From: a virus
Taxonomy: Duplodnaviria > Heunggongvirae > Uroviricota > Caudoviricetes
IMG/VR virus record: IMGVR_UViG_3300038393_002131
Length of the DNA: 64,000 nt
Reading direction: 5' to 3' (one strand)
Of the stretch, positions 16,990-24,683 are shown piece after piece (within the stretch, counting starts at the first letter, position 1; each line of letters starts with the position of its first letter). Position numbers and translations under genes: made by a program. Below the pieces are notes generated by a model that saw nothing but the letters and a program-made list of their open reading frames with translations, did no database searches and was not told the origin of the DNA.

Positions 16990-17445
16990 TCAGCGCGCGT
17001 ACGGGTTGACCGCGACGCACTCCTTCGGGAGGGCCTTGATGATGAGCCACTGGCCCGGCTTGATCGCGGTGCCGTGGAGGCCGTTGAGCTTCTTGATCGT
17101 CTTGTAGGCCATGCCGTTGCCGTACGCCTTGACGGCGAGGTTCCAGAGCGTGTCGCCCTTGCGGACGACGCGGGCGTAGGGCCACTGGACGAACGTGTCG
17201 TCGGCGCACAGCTCGGCGACGATCGCACGAACCTTGCTGTACTTCGGGGAGGCCTTGATCTGGCCGACCGAGTAGTTCCACGGGAAGGTGTTCCCGTCGA
17301 TGGTGCAGGCCTTCTTCGTCCACGTGGACTGGAACTCGCACTCGATGGGGACGGTGTAGCCGGGGCCGGCGTTGGCGGCGGTCGCGGCCGCGCCGATGAG
17401 GATGCCGGTGGCGGCGAGGGTGGCGGCGATCTTGGTGCGGATCAT
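16990..17445 (-). CDS. secreted LysM-domain protein (151 aa)
   Basis: Signal peptide MIRTKIAATLAATGILIGAAATAANA; C-terminal LysM (VVRKGDTLWNLAVKAYGNGMAYKTIKKLNGL...IKPGQWLII); own promoter-leader at 17446-17506 and terminator at 16948-16981. Confidence 0.7.
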   Translation of the reverse strand: MIRTKIAATLAATGILIGAAATAANAGPGYTVPIECEFQSTWTKKACTIDGNTFPWNYSVGQIKASPKYSKVRAIVAELCADDTFVQWPYARVVRKGDTLWNLAVKAYGNGMAYKTIKKLNGLHGTAIKPGQWLIIKALPKECVAVNPYAR

Positions 17446-17506
17446 GGGGTGTCGGTCCTGCTTTCGTGTCGTGGCCGGGGACGCTTCCCGGCCGGTGAAA
17501 CGGACA
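17446..17506 (-). promoter_or_regulatory. promoter-leader cassette of the LysM gene (TTGTGT-N17-TAATGT; hairpin CCGGGAAGCGTCCCCGG)
   Basis: Read directly. Confidence 0.5.
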
Positions 17507-17947
17507 TTAGCGACCTAACGCTAGTGACACAAGGGAATCGTCGTCGGAGTAGACGACGCGCTCGATACCGGCGGCCGTGAGGAGCTTCTGGCAACCGGGG
17601 CATGGCGGGTCGGTGATGTACGCCGTCGCTCCTCGAGCGTCGGCCCGGTCGGCGTACAGGAGTGCGTTCGCCTCGGCGTGGACGGCGACGCAGTACCCGG
17701 GCGAGCCGGGCCGGTCGTAGTCGCCGAGGCCGGCCACCTGCTCGTAGGTGAGGAGGCCTCGCGGGCACTCCCCCGCCAGGCATGACGCTCCCCCGGACGG
17801 GCCGCCGTTGTAGCCGGTGCTGACGATCCGGTGGTCCTTGACGAGGACGCAGCCGACGGTGCGGCGGCGGCAGTCGGCTCGAGCGGCAACGGCCGTCGCG
17901 ATGCCGGCGAAGTAGTCGTCCCAGCCGGGTCGGGTCAGTTGTTCCAT
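17507..17947 (-). CDS. dCMP/cytidine deaminase-family protein
   Basis: Start at M72 (MEQLTRPG); zinc ligand motifs HAEANAL and PCPGCQ. Confidence 0.8.
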   Translation of the reverse strand: MEQLTRPGWDDYFAGIATAVAARADCRRRTVGCVLVKDHRIVSTGYNGGPSGGASCLAGECPRGLLTYEQVAGLGDYDRPGSPGYCVAVHAEANALLYADRADARGATAYITDPPCPGCQKLLTAAGIERVVYSDDDSLVSLALGR

Positions 17948-18423
17948 GCGTTCCTCGCGTCGTTGTCGGGTGGGGGCGGGCAGGGGGTGCGTGTGCCGTC
18001 GTTGGCGAACAGGGCCCAGCCGTGCGCGGTGCGCACCGGGACGCGCTCGGCGTCGACGAACTGGCCGTTGCGCGGGATCGCGTAGCCGTCGCGCTCGAAC
18101 GTCTCCCGGTCGTGGTCCTTGTCGCGGTGGCAGCCGTCGCCGGCGTTGCCGGACCCGCACAGGGTGAGCAGCCAGCCAGGGCCGTTGATCGTGGCGGCGA
18201 GTTCGCCGTGGGTGCCGCCCGCTCCGCGGCCGCGGCGGTGGTCGAGGTCCCGGGCGGGTTTGCCGCAGCGGACGCAGCGGCCGCCGTCGCGCGCGTGCAC
18301 GAGTGCGCGCGTGTCTGTGGTGGGGCCGGTGTCGCGGTGCGCGCGTGGTGCGCGCGTGGTGCGCGCGTGCGGTGCGCGCGCAGGCGCGGGGCTGGTGCGC
18401 GCGGCCGGGGCCGCGGCCTTCAT
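17935..18423 (-). CDS. HNH endonuclease-like protein (~162 aa)
   Basis: Start at M93 (MKAAAP); CVRCGKPARDLDHRRGRG...N...CHRDKDH pattern; the N-terminal region is encoded by GTGCGCGCG tandem repeats. Confidence 0.5.
   Translation of the reverse strand: MKAAAPAARTSPAPARAPHARTTRAPRAHRDTGPTTDTRALVHARDGGRCVRCGKPARDLDHRRGRGAGGTHGELAATINGPGWLLTLCGSGNAGDGCHRDKDHDRETFERDGYAIPRNGQFVDAERVPVRTAHGWALFANDGTRTPCPPPPDNDARNAWNN
18290..18420. repeat. tandem GTG(G/C)TGCGCGCG repeats inside the HNH gene 5' region
   Basis: gtggtgcgcgcgtggtgcgcgcgtgcggtgcgcgcgcagg..., encoding an HARTTRAPRAH-like reiterated peptide. Confidence 0.5.
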
Positions 18424-18509
18424 GGGTGCTGTCCTCCTGAGGGTGGACCCCGACGCTAGAGGGGTCCGGCGGGAGAGCGGCTTGTCGCCTCTCCCGAGCG
18501 GGGTCCGTT

Positions 18510-18749
18510 TCACCCGGTCGCCCCCGTCTTGTCGGCGGCCTTGCGGCGTTTGAACTCGGCGAAGGATGCCGAGCATCGCGGGCACAGCGTCTCGACGCCC
18601 TGGGTCCATCCGCGGCCGCGGAGGTCGACGTGTGCGGCCTCGCGGTCCTCCTCCTCGGAGATCTCCTCGTTGGCGCAGGCCCCGCAGGACGCCACCCATG
18701 CCGGGGTCAGGTCAAGCACGGGTCGGCTCCTTCGGGAGTGCGGCCTCAA
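18510..18749 (-). CDS. small Cys-containing protein (start uncertain)
   Basis: CGAC...CPRC pairs; likely starts at an internal GTG (VLDLTPAW). Confidence 0.4.
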   Translation of the reverse strand: MRPHSRRSRPVLDLTPAWVASCGACANEEISEEEDREAAHVDLRGRGWTQGVETLCPRCSASFAEFKRRKAADKTGATG

Positions 18750-18966
18750 CGACGGCCAGCGCGCCCATGATCGTCGCGTAGCGGGTCTTGAACGCGGCGT
18801 GGTCCTGCGCCCGGTAGGCCGCGCGCGACTTCGCGGTGTCGCAGCACTCGTCGTGCATGACGTCGCGCGCCGGCGCGGTCGATTGCAGGTTGCGCTCCGT
18901 CTCGAACTTCCGGTCGTAGAGGGCCGCGCGGATCTCGTGCAGTTCGTCGACGGTCAGGTCAGCCAC
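18712..18966 (-). CDS. hypothetical protein (84 aa)
   Basis: Protein-like ORF. Confidence 0.45.
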   Translation of the reverse strand: MADLTVDELHEIRAALYDRKFETERNLQSTAPARDVMHDECCDTAKSRAAYRAQDHAAFKTRYATIMGALAVVEAALPKEPTRA

Positions 18967-19576
18967 GGTCCCGTCCTTTCAGGGTTGGTCGCCAGCCAGG
19001 GGGCGGCGGTGAGGGACGCCCGCACGGTGTTCCGGGGGCGTGGAGGTCGTCGCACAGGCGGCAGGAGCCGTCAGGGCGGGCCGCAGCGCGGCCGCGGGGG
19101 CGCGAGGTCGTCATGGTGCGTCGCGGGGCCGGAGCGGGCCGCGCAGGCGCAGGAGGAGCGATCAGGGCGTCCAGCTCGTCGACGTCGTCGTCGAGGTCGT
19201 CCTCGTCGTCGGGGGGTGGGGTCGCGTCGTCGGGCGGCCACGACCCGTTCATCGAGTAGTCGTCCGGGTCGAGGTCCCACACCTCATCGGTGAGGGAGTC
19301 CCACACCTGATCGTGCTGGCAGTCCGGGCAGCGGAACGCGCGCAGCTGGTGGCCGCCGATCCGGTGCACGCCGGGCAGGGGTGTGACGATGCCCTTCGCG
19401 GTGACGCGCGACTCGAGCGAGCCGCAGTCCCGGCACGCGCCCATGTCCTTCGGCGGCGGGCACACGAACATCGGCGTCTCGGCCTGCCACGGCTCCCACT
19501 CGACGGGGGCACCGTCCCATCGCGGAGGCAGGTCGAACTCCCGCGCCAGGACGAGCAGGTCGGTCACGCCGGCCAC
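18959..19576 (-). CDS. hypothetical Cys-rich acidic protein (205 aa)
   Basis: CPPP..C.DC and CPDC motifs; the C-terminal Pro/Arg-rich tail is uncertain. Confidence 0.45.
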   Translation of the reverse strand: MAGVTDLLVLAREFDLPPRWDGAPVEWEPWQAETPMFVCPPPKDMGACRDCGSLESRVTAKGIVTPLPGVHRIGGHQLRAFRCPDCQHDQVWDSLTDEVWDLDPDDYSMNGSWPPDDATPPPDDEDDLDDDVDELDALIAPPAPARPAPAPRRTMTTSRPRGRAAARPDGSCRLCDDLHAPGTPCGRPSPPPPGWRPTLKGRDRG

Positions 19577-19776
19577 CGTCGGAGCGGGATCGCGATGTCG
19601 TGGTCGCAGTCGAGCACGATGACGCGCACGGGCCGTGCCTGCTCCTCGTAGCCCTCTTGGTCGTCGAACTGGTCGAACACGGGCACGCTCACCTTGCAGG
19701 TGTCGCAGTAGGCCCAGCCGTGCTCGTCGACGACGGGCTCGTCCGGCGCGGGCGGGCAGTCGAACCGGTCAGCCAC
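19564..19776 (-). CDS. hypothetical protein (~70 aa)
   Basis: GTG at 19776 overlaps the upstream stop; CDTC motif. Confidence 0.4.
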   Translation of the reverse strand: MADRFDCPPAPDEPVVDEHGWAYCDTCKVSVPVFDQFDDQEGYEEQARPVRVIVLDCDHDIAIPLRRWPA

Positions 19777-20047
19777 GGCGGGCCTCCCGGGCGTGGTGCG
19801 CGCGCAGCTGCGCCACGGCGGTGTTGCGCTCGATGAGGGCGGCGTCGCGCTCCCGCTCGGCCTTGCGGAGCCGGTCGTGCACGTCGCCAGCGAGGCCGCG
19901 GCGGCGAAGCTCGGCCTCGACCTGCCGGGCGACGTCGGCCCAGCCCCACGCGTCACGGACGCCGAGGAGGGCCTGCCAGATCGCGAACGCGACCGGCTCG
20001 TCACGCAGGTCCGGGTGCGGGCCGGGTCCGATGGTCTGCGCGCTCAT
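19769..20047 (-). CDS. hypothetical protein (~92 aa)
   Basis: ATG at 20047 overlaps the stop of the upstream gene. Confidence 0.45.
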   Translation of the reverse strand: MSAQTIGPGPHPDLRDEPVAFAIWQALLGVRDAWGWADVARQVEAELRRRGLAGDVHDRLRKAERERDAALIERNTAVAQLRAHHAREARRG

Positions 20048-20382
20048 CAGACCTCCCACCAGTAGACGCCGGGCCACACGCCTGACCCCTCGGCTGTCGC
20101 CGGCCAGAGGTGGCGGCTGTGGTCGCCGCACGTCTTGGGCGAGCACGGCGTCCACCGGAACAGTCGGCCCGGGTCGGGGGCTCGGTCGCGGAGTCGGCGC
20201 GCGTAGTAGAGCGCCGTCTCGAGGTAGTCGTCCGGGTGGTCCTGCGGGTAGGTCGGGTACAGGTCGACGAGCCAGTGCGCCATGAGGGAGCGAAGCGCCG
20301 TCGTGCGGGCCTTGGCCGGGTCGCTGGTGCCGCGCACGACGACACCGCCCTCCTCCATCCAGTGCGCGACGAGGTCAGCCAC
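20047..20382 (-). CDS. hypothetical protein (~111 aa)
   Basis: GTG at 20382 overlaps the upstream TGA; the Thr/Ser/Arg-rich 5' part is rejected. Confidence 0.45.
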   Translation of the reverse strand: MADLVAHWMEEGGVVVRGTSDPAKARTTALRSLMAHWLVDLYPTYPQDHPDDYLETALYYARRLRDRAPDPGRLFRWTPCSPKTCGDHSRHLWPATAEGSGVWPGVYWWEV

Positions 20383-20761
20383 CGAGCACCTCCTGCGCGG
20401 CCGAGCACAGCGGCTCGCGGCAGAACCGGAACGCGCCCGGGTGCAGCTGCGCGTCGTGCTCGCCCTCGACGATGCCGACGAGACGCTCGGCGGCCGAGCC
20501 GTCGACGTGCGGCTCGTTGCAGTAGTCGTCCGGGTCACAGTCGCCGTCGGCGCAGTGGGCACGGTCGCACTCGTCCTCGCCCGGGCCGGGGAACCGCATG
20601 GACAGGTGGCGCACGCCGTCACCCATGCGGGTCGGCAGGGTGTGGCCGGCGATGGTGATGGTGCCGTCGCCGATGGCGGTGATCTCGCCCTGGACGCCGA
20701 CGAGGCACACGGCGTCCTTGGCGCCGACCTTCCACTCGACGATCTTCTTCGTGTCGGTCAT
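20375..20761 (-). CDS. hypothetical Cys-rich protein (~128 aa)
   Basis: ATG at 20761 overlaps the MazG stop (ATGA); CDRAHCADGDCDPDDYC motif. Confidence 0.45.
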   Translation of the reverse strand: MTDTKKIVEWKVGAKDAVCLVGVQGEITAIGDGTITIAGHTLPTRMGDGVRHLSMRFPGPGEDECDRAHCADGDCDPDDYCNEPHVDGSAAERLVGIVEGEHDAQLHPGAFRFCREPLCSAAQEVLGG

Positions 20762-21396
20762 GAGCACGGCTCCATGGGGGCCTCGGCCGTGCGGAACCGG
20801 CGCTGGGACACCGTCCACCACTTCCGGCGCACGACGTCCTCGACGGACTCGATGCCGAGGGCGCGGGCAGCGCCGAGCGCGCTGATGATGACGTCGGCGA
20901 CCTCGAGGTGCGCCTTCTCGCGGTGCTCGGCCGCGTCCTGGCGGGGCTCGGTCGACTTGATGGTGTGCCCGAGCAGCTCGCCGGCCTCCTCGGCGACCTT
21001 GGCGACCTTGCCGATGAGGGTGCCCTCGCCGAGCTCGCGCAGGTGCCACTCCCACACGTCGTCGGTGAGGTCGTCGAGGGACAGTGCCTCCTCGGCCTTG
21101 ACCTCGGCGAGGACGGCGCGCTGGCGCTGCTCGTCGGCCTCGTCGGCGTAGACCTCCCACGCGTGACGCCCGTCGAACTTGCACCGCTCCCCGAGGGGGA
21201 ACGTCGTGTCGTGTGTCTCGCACCACGCGAAGTCCATGGGCGGCTGGTGGCGCATGTCGCACGGGGTTGGCGCGAGCAGGGCGAGCACGCGCTCGATCGC
21301 GTCCTTGTCGGCGCAGCCAGCCCACTCCTCGGTGGTGCCGTGCCACGCCTGATAGATCTGCTCGGCGGTGACGGGGATCGTGATGTTGTCAGCCAC
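20758..21396 (-). CDS. MazG-like nucleotide pyrophosphohydrolase
   Basis: C-terminal EEAGELLGH...EVADVIISALGAARALGIE resembles the MazG/NTP-PPase EExGE helix pair. Confidence 0.7.
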   Translation of the reverse strand: MADNITIPVTAEQIYQAWHGTTEEWAGCADKDAIERVLALLAPTPCDMRHQPPMDFAWCETHDTTFPLGERCKFDGRHAWEVYADEADEQRQRAVLAEVKAEEALSLDDLTDDVWEWHLRELGEGTLIGKVAKVAEEAGELLGHTIKSTEPRQDAAEHREKAHLEVADVIISALGAARALGIESVEDVVRRKWWTVSQRRFRTAEAPMEPCS

Positions 21397-21913
21397 GGGG
21401 GGCCTCCTCAGAGTTCGCGATGGAGAGCAGGACGTCCGCGTGACAGGGCTGGTCGAGCGGGCACCAGCAGGCGAGCGTCTTGCCCTCCAGTTCGGCGCGG
21501 ATCATGTGCTCAGTGACGGTGTGGTGCTCGCTCTCGAACCGCTTGCCGGTCCAGAACGTCGCGAGGTGGCCGCGGTTGGACGGGTAGGCGCCGAGCATCC
21601 CCCGGTCCGGCTCGAGGATCGTGCGCCGGTACAGCTCGACGATCTCCTCCCGGGTGGCGTAGCGGACCCGGTACTCGGTGACGGTGCCGTCGGGGTGGAA
21701 GTAGTCGTGGCGCATGCCGTCGGCGCTGACCCGGCCCTCGTACTCGTACGTCTCCGGCTTGCTCGGCTGGAAGCGGACGAGGCCGTAGGGCGTGCGGTAG
21801 GCGAAGGGGTTGCCCCACTTCGACCCGCGGCCGACGTAGACGGCCCCCTCGGGCATGCGCCAGCCCTTGACGCGGCGGCGCTGGATGCGCTGGGGCATGG
21901 TGCTCCCGTTCAT
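21389..21913 (-). CDS. DUF4326-family protein
   Basis: N-terminal RIQRRRVKGWRMPEGAVYVGRGSKWGNPF signature. Confidence 0.7.
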   Translation of the reverse strand: MNGSTMPQRIQRRRVKGWRMPEGAVYVGRGSKWGNPFAYRTPYGLVRFQPSKPETYEYEGRVSADGMRHDYFHPDGTVTEYRVRYATREEIVELYRRTILEPDRGMLGAYPSNRGHLATFWTGKRFESEHHTVTEHMIRAELEGKTLACWCPLDQPCHADVLLSIANSEEAPRG

Positions 21914-22161
21914 CCGTCCTCACCCCGCGCCGTGTCGTAGTCGTACAGGGCGATGGACAGGGCCTCGTCGGCGCGCTCCACGGTGCGGAATGCGCCGATC
22001 ACCGGGGCGATGTTCTGGCCCTGGGCGCGCTTCGTGCCGGCGCGGCGGGCCGCTGCCTTGGCCTCGTCGGAGAGCCGGTGCAGGGCGTTCTTGAGCTCCT
22101 CCGCGGCGGCCGCGACGCGCTCGGCCTGCTCGCGTGTCTCCTCGGCGACGCGGGCGCTCAC
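21910..22161 (-). CDS. hypothetical protein (83 aa)
   Basis: Helical, Ala/Glu-rich. Confidence 0.45.
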   Translation of the reverse strand: MSARVAEETREQAERVAAAAEELKNALHRLSDEAKAAARRAGTKRAQGQNIAPVIGAFRTVERADEALSIALYDYDTARGEDG

Positions 22162-22499
22162 GAGGTCACCGCCGCGGGGACGCGGCCCTGCGCGTTGATG
22201 CGCCGGGCGAGGTCGACGAGGAGGTCGGACGGGTACAGCTGGCGGGCGGCGTCAGCGAGTACGTCGGCGAGGGCGTCGGCGACGTCCGGGCCGAACGCGG
22301 CGATGAGCCTTGCCTCGTCGGCGGATGCGCACTCAGCGACGGTGTCCCACTGACCATCGAGCGACTCGACGTCGGCGCCGCTGGCGACCCACGGACCGGG
22401 GATGACGCCGTCGTGGACGTTGAGCGGGTTCGAGCCGACGACGCGCGCGTGGGCCTTGAGGCGGACGGCGGCCGCGGCGAGGTCGGCGTGCGCGCTCAT
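22158..22499 (-). CDS. hypothetical protein (~113 aa)
   Basis: ATG at 22499 overlaps the upstream stop. Confidence 0.45.
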   Translation of the reverse strand: MSAHADLAAAAVRLKAHARVVGSNPLNVHDGVIPGPWVASGADVESLDGQWDTVAECASADEARLIAAFGPDVADALADVLADAARQLYPSDLLVDLARRINAQGRVPAAVTS

Positions 22500-22807
22500 G
22501 CGAGCATCCAGCCGCGGGTGACCTCCGAGAGGCGGGGGTCGTCGTCGGACGGGCCGTTGACGACCTCGTCGATGAGGGTCGCGGCCCACTCGAGCGCGTC
22601 TTGCTCGTCGGTGACGCCGCGATAGTTCGAGGCGTGCTCGTTGATGCAGCCGTCGGTCGCGCACACGGGACGGAACGTGCCGTCGGCGGTGACCGTGACG
22701 GACGGCTCGTGGCCCTCGACCATGGCGAATCCCTTGAGCGGGATCCGCGGGAGGGCGTCGGCGCGGCCGGTGGCGAGCAGCGCGGGGGTGCGGGTTGCAC
22801 GGGTCAT
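22496..22807 (-). CDS. hypothetical protein (103 aa)
   Basis: Cassette at 22808-22899 (TTCCAC-N17-TAACGT, hairpin with AAAGCGTC loop, RBS AAGAGGGG). Confidence 0.5.
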   Translation of the reverse strand: MTRATRTPALLATGRADALPRIPLKGFAMVEGHEPSVTVTADGTFRPVCATDGCINEHASNYRGVTDEQDALEWAATLIDEVVNGPSDDDPRLSEVTRGWMLA

Positions 22808-22899
22808 GGGGATGCCCCTCTTGTGTGTCGTGGCCGGGGACGCTTTCCCAGCCGGTGACCCGACGTTAGCAGATGTGCACTACTGGTGGAAGGGTTGGG
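22808..22899 (-). promoter_or_regulatory. promoter-leader cassette (TTCCAC-N17-TAACGT; hairpin with AAAGCGTC loop)
   Basis: Read directly. Confidence 0.5.
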
Positions 22900-23316
22900 T
22901 CAGAAGTCGGGGTCGAAGTCCGGGTCGTCGCGCAGCGCAGCCAGGTTCGCGTCGACGAGCAGCTCGTCGGCCACGTCGTTCGCGACGTCGATCGCGTTGC
23001 GGTGCGAGACGGTCCACACCTCAGCCTCGTGGACGTCACGGAACGGGCCATCCGGGCACGGGCCGACGACGAGGACGTGCACGAAGTACGGGTACGCCGG
23101 GTCCGGTGGCGTCGCGTGGCGGCACACCAGCATCCGGGCCTCCCCGCGCGGGGACACCTCGTCGTCGGCGAGGCCGAGGTCGATCCGGGCGCGGACCGCC
23201 CACGCGTCGATCTCGTCCTGGGAGTACCACGTCGTCCGGTCGCGCCAGTAGAGGGCGGCGAGACCGGTCAGGATCGTCGAGATGGACAGGAGGACGGTGG
23301 CGATGCGGGTGCGCAT
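22900..23316 (-). CDS. membrane-anchored protein (~139 aa)
   Basis: Start at M22 (MRTRIATVLLSISTILTGLAALYW TM helix); class-II motif and a hairpin upstream. Confidence 0.5.
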   Translation of the reverse strand: MRTRIATVLLSISTILTGLAALYWRDRTTWYSQDEIDAWAVRARIDLGLADDEVSPRGEARMLVCRHATPPDPAYPYFVHVLVVGPCPDGPFRDVHEAEVWTVSHRNAIDVANDVADELLVDANLAALRDDPDFDPDF

Positions 23317-23366
23317 GGCCTGCACGGTGACCGGTCGGGGGGCTTGTGTCGCGTCCACGCATGGCG

Positions 23367-23400
23367 CAGCCCCCGGCACAGGGGATGGACCGGGGGCTGC
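23367..23400 (-). terminator. hairpin terminator after the DUF1643 gene
   Basis: GCAGCCCCCGG / CCGGGGGCTGC 11-bp stem. Confidence 0.45.
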
Positions 23401-23428
23401 GTGGCTCGAGGGTAACCGCTGAGGGGTG

Positions 23429-23950
23429 TCAGTCCCGAGAGGGCCACGGTGTGAGCGGCGACGCGGAGGGCATGTAGAGCGGGTGCCGGGGCGCGCCGCG
23501 GGCCGTCTCGCCGAGGGCGGTGAGGCGGTCCATGCCGGGGAAGGTCAGGACGTGCTCGACGCGGTCAGGGCGGGCGTTGACGCCCCACGCGGCGACGATC
23601 GGTGCGTCGCGGCGGGCGGCCTCCCGGACGGCGGTCTGGATGGCGAGGTCGTTGTCGGGGCCGACCGGGTCGTCCACGCGCCACAGCCCGTCCGGGTCGG
23701 TCGAGCGGTACGCGTAGAGGTTGACGACGGTGATGCCGTCGAGGCCCCACGCCTTCGCGAACCCGATGCATCGGGTGATCGTCGGGTCGTCGACGAGGGC
23801 GTCGGCGGTCGACGGGTTCAGCATCACGAACGTCGCCGGGCGCGGGTCGGGCGTGAACCGCCACTGCCGGGTCAGGGAGTAGCGGTACCGGCCGCAGTCG
23901 GACAGGAGCGCGTGGCTGGCCGGCACATCGAACGGCAGCGTGCCCGTCAT
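23429..23950 (-). CDS. DUF1643-family protein
   Basis: YRYSLTRQW...FVMLNPSTADA...NLYAYRSTDP pattern; terminator at 23367-23400 downstream. Confidence 0.65.
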   Translation of the reverse strand: MTGTLPFDVPASHALLSDCGRYRYSLTRQWRFTPDPRPATFVMLNPSTADALVDDPTITRCIGFAKAWGLDGITVVNLYAYRSTDPDGLWRVDDPVGPDNDLAIQTAVREAARRDAPIVAAWGVNARPDRVEHVLTFPGMDRLTALGETARGAPRHPLYMPSASPLTPWPSRD

Positions 23951-24375
23951 GACGCGGCCCGCAGTCGCCGGTGGCCGCCGGTGAGCTTCGGGTTCGCCTC
24001 ATTCGTGGCCTGTGCCAGGCGTCGGCGCGCCGCCGCGAGGGTGTTCTCCGCGAGGAGGTCCTCGGCGGCCTGCGCCCGGATCATGTCGTTGTCCCGCTCG
24101 GCGCGAGCCACCCGGATCTGCTCGTTGATGGCCTCGCGTTCGGCGTAGGCCGCCACGACTGCGCGGCGAGCCTCGACGGCCTCGGCCCGGATCGCGGCCA
24201 GTTCGCGCCGCTCCTCGACGATGGCGGCCGTGCGCGGGTCGGCGTTGAGGGCCCGGATCACGGCGTTGATGTTGTCGAGGAAGCGGCGTTGCGCCGCCCA
24301 CGGCATCGCCTTCCACGTCGCCTCGGTGACCGGCTGGATGAACTGCACGTCGCCCGAGGGGCGGCCGCCGCTCAT
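23947..24375 (-). CDS. hypothetical coiled-coil protein (~143 aa)
   Basis: Start at MSGGRPSGD; Ala/Glu/Arg-rich helical C-terminus. Confidence 0.45.
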   Translation of the reverse strand: MSGGRPSGDVQFIQPVTEATWKAMPWAAQRRFLDNINAVIRALNADPRTAAIVEERRELAAIRAEAVEARRAVVAAYAEREAINEQIRVARAERDNDMIRAQAAEDLLAENTLAAARRRLAQATNEANPKLTGGHRRLRAAS

Positions 24376-24683
24376 GACGCGCTCCGGCCGGGCATGGGCC
24401 GACGCAGCCGCGCGGCCAGGGCGTGCGAGCCCTTCGGGGTGCGGGTCCAGCGCGGCCGATCGCCGGAGCGGTCCATGACGACGAAGCCGTGGCGGCACAG
24501 CTGGCGAACCTTGAGGATGCGGCCGTCCTCGTCGAGGGGCACGCGGTGCCCGGTGAGGGCCTGCGCGGTGAGGTCGTCGTCGTCGATCCACACGCCGTCG
24601 GCGGGGATGAGGTGCAGGACGTGGAGCAGGTAGCCCGGGAGCGGCTGCATGCGGCGGCGCCGGTCCGGGCGGGTGTCGGTCAT
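24372..24683 (-). CDS. hypothetical protein (~103 aa)
   Basis: ATG at 24683 overlaps the upstream TGA. Confidence 0.45.
   Translation of the reverse strand: MTDTRPDRRRRMQPLPGYLLHVLHLIPADGVWIDDDDLTAQALTGHRVPLDEDGRILKVRQLCRHGFVVMDRSGDRPRWTRTPKGSHALAARLRRPMPGRSAS

Noticed and set aside
18290-18420. CRISPR array (tandem GCGCGC-type repeats here and at 40325-40345, 56940-57055)
   Set aside because: The repeats are 8-12 bp, directly tandem or irregularly spaced, and lack unique spacers of regular length. No cas genes are present.
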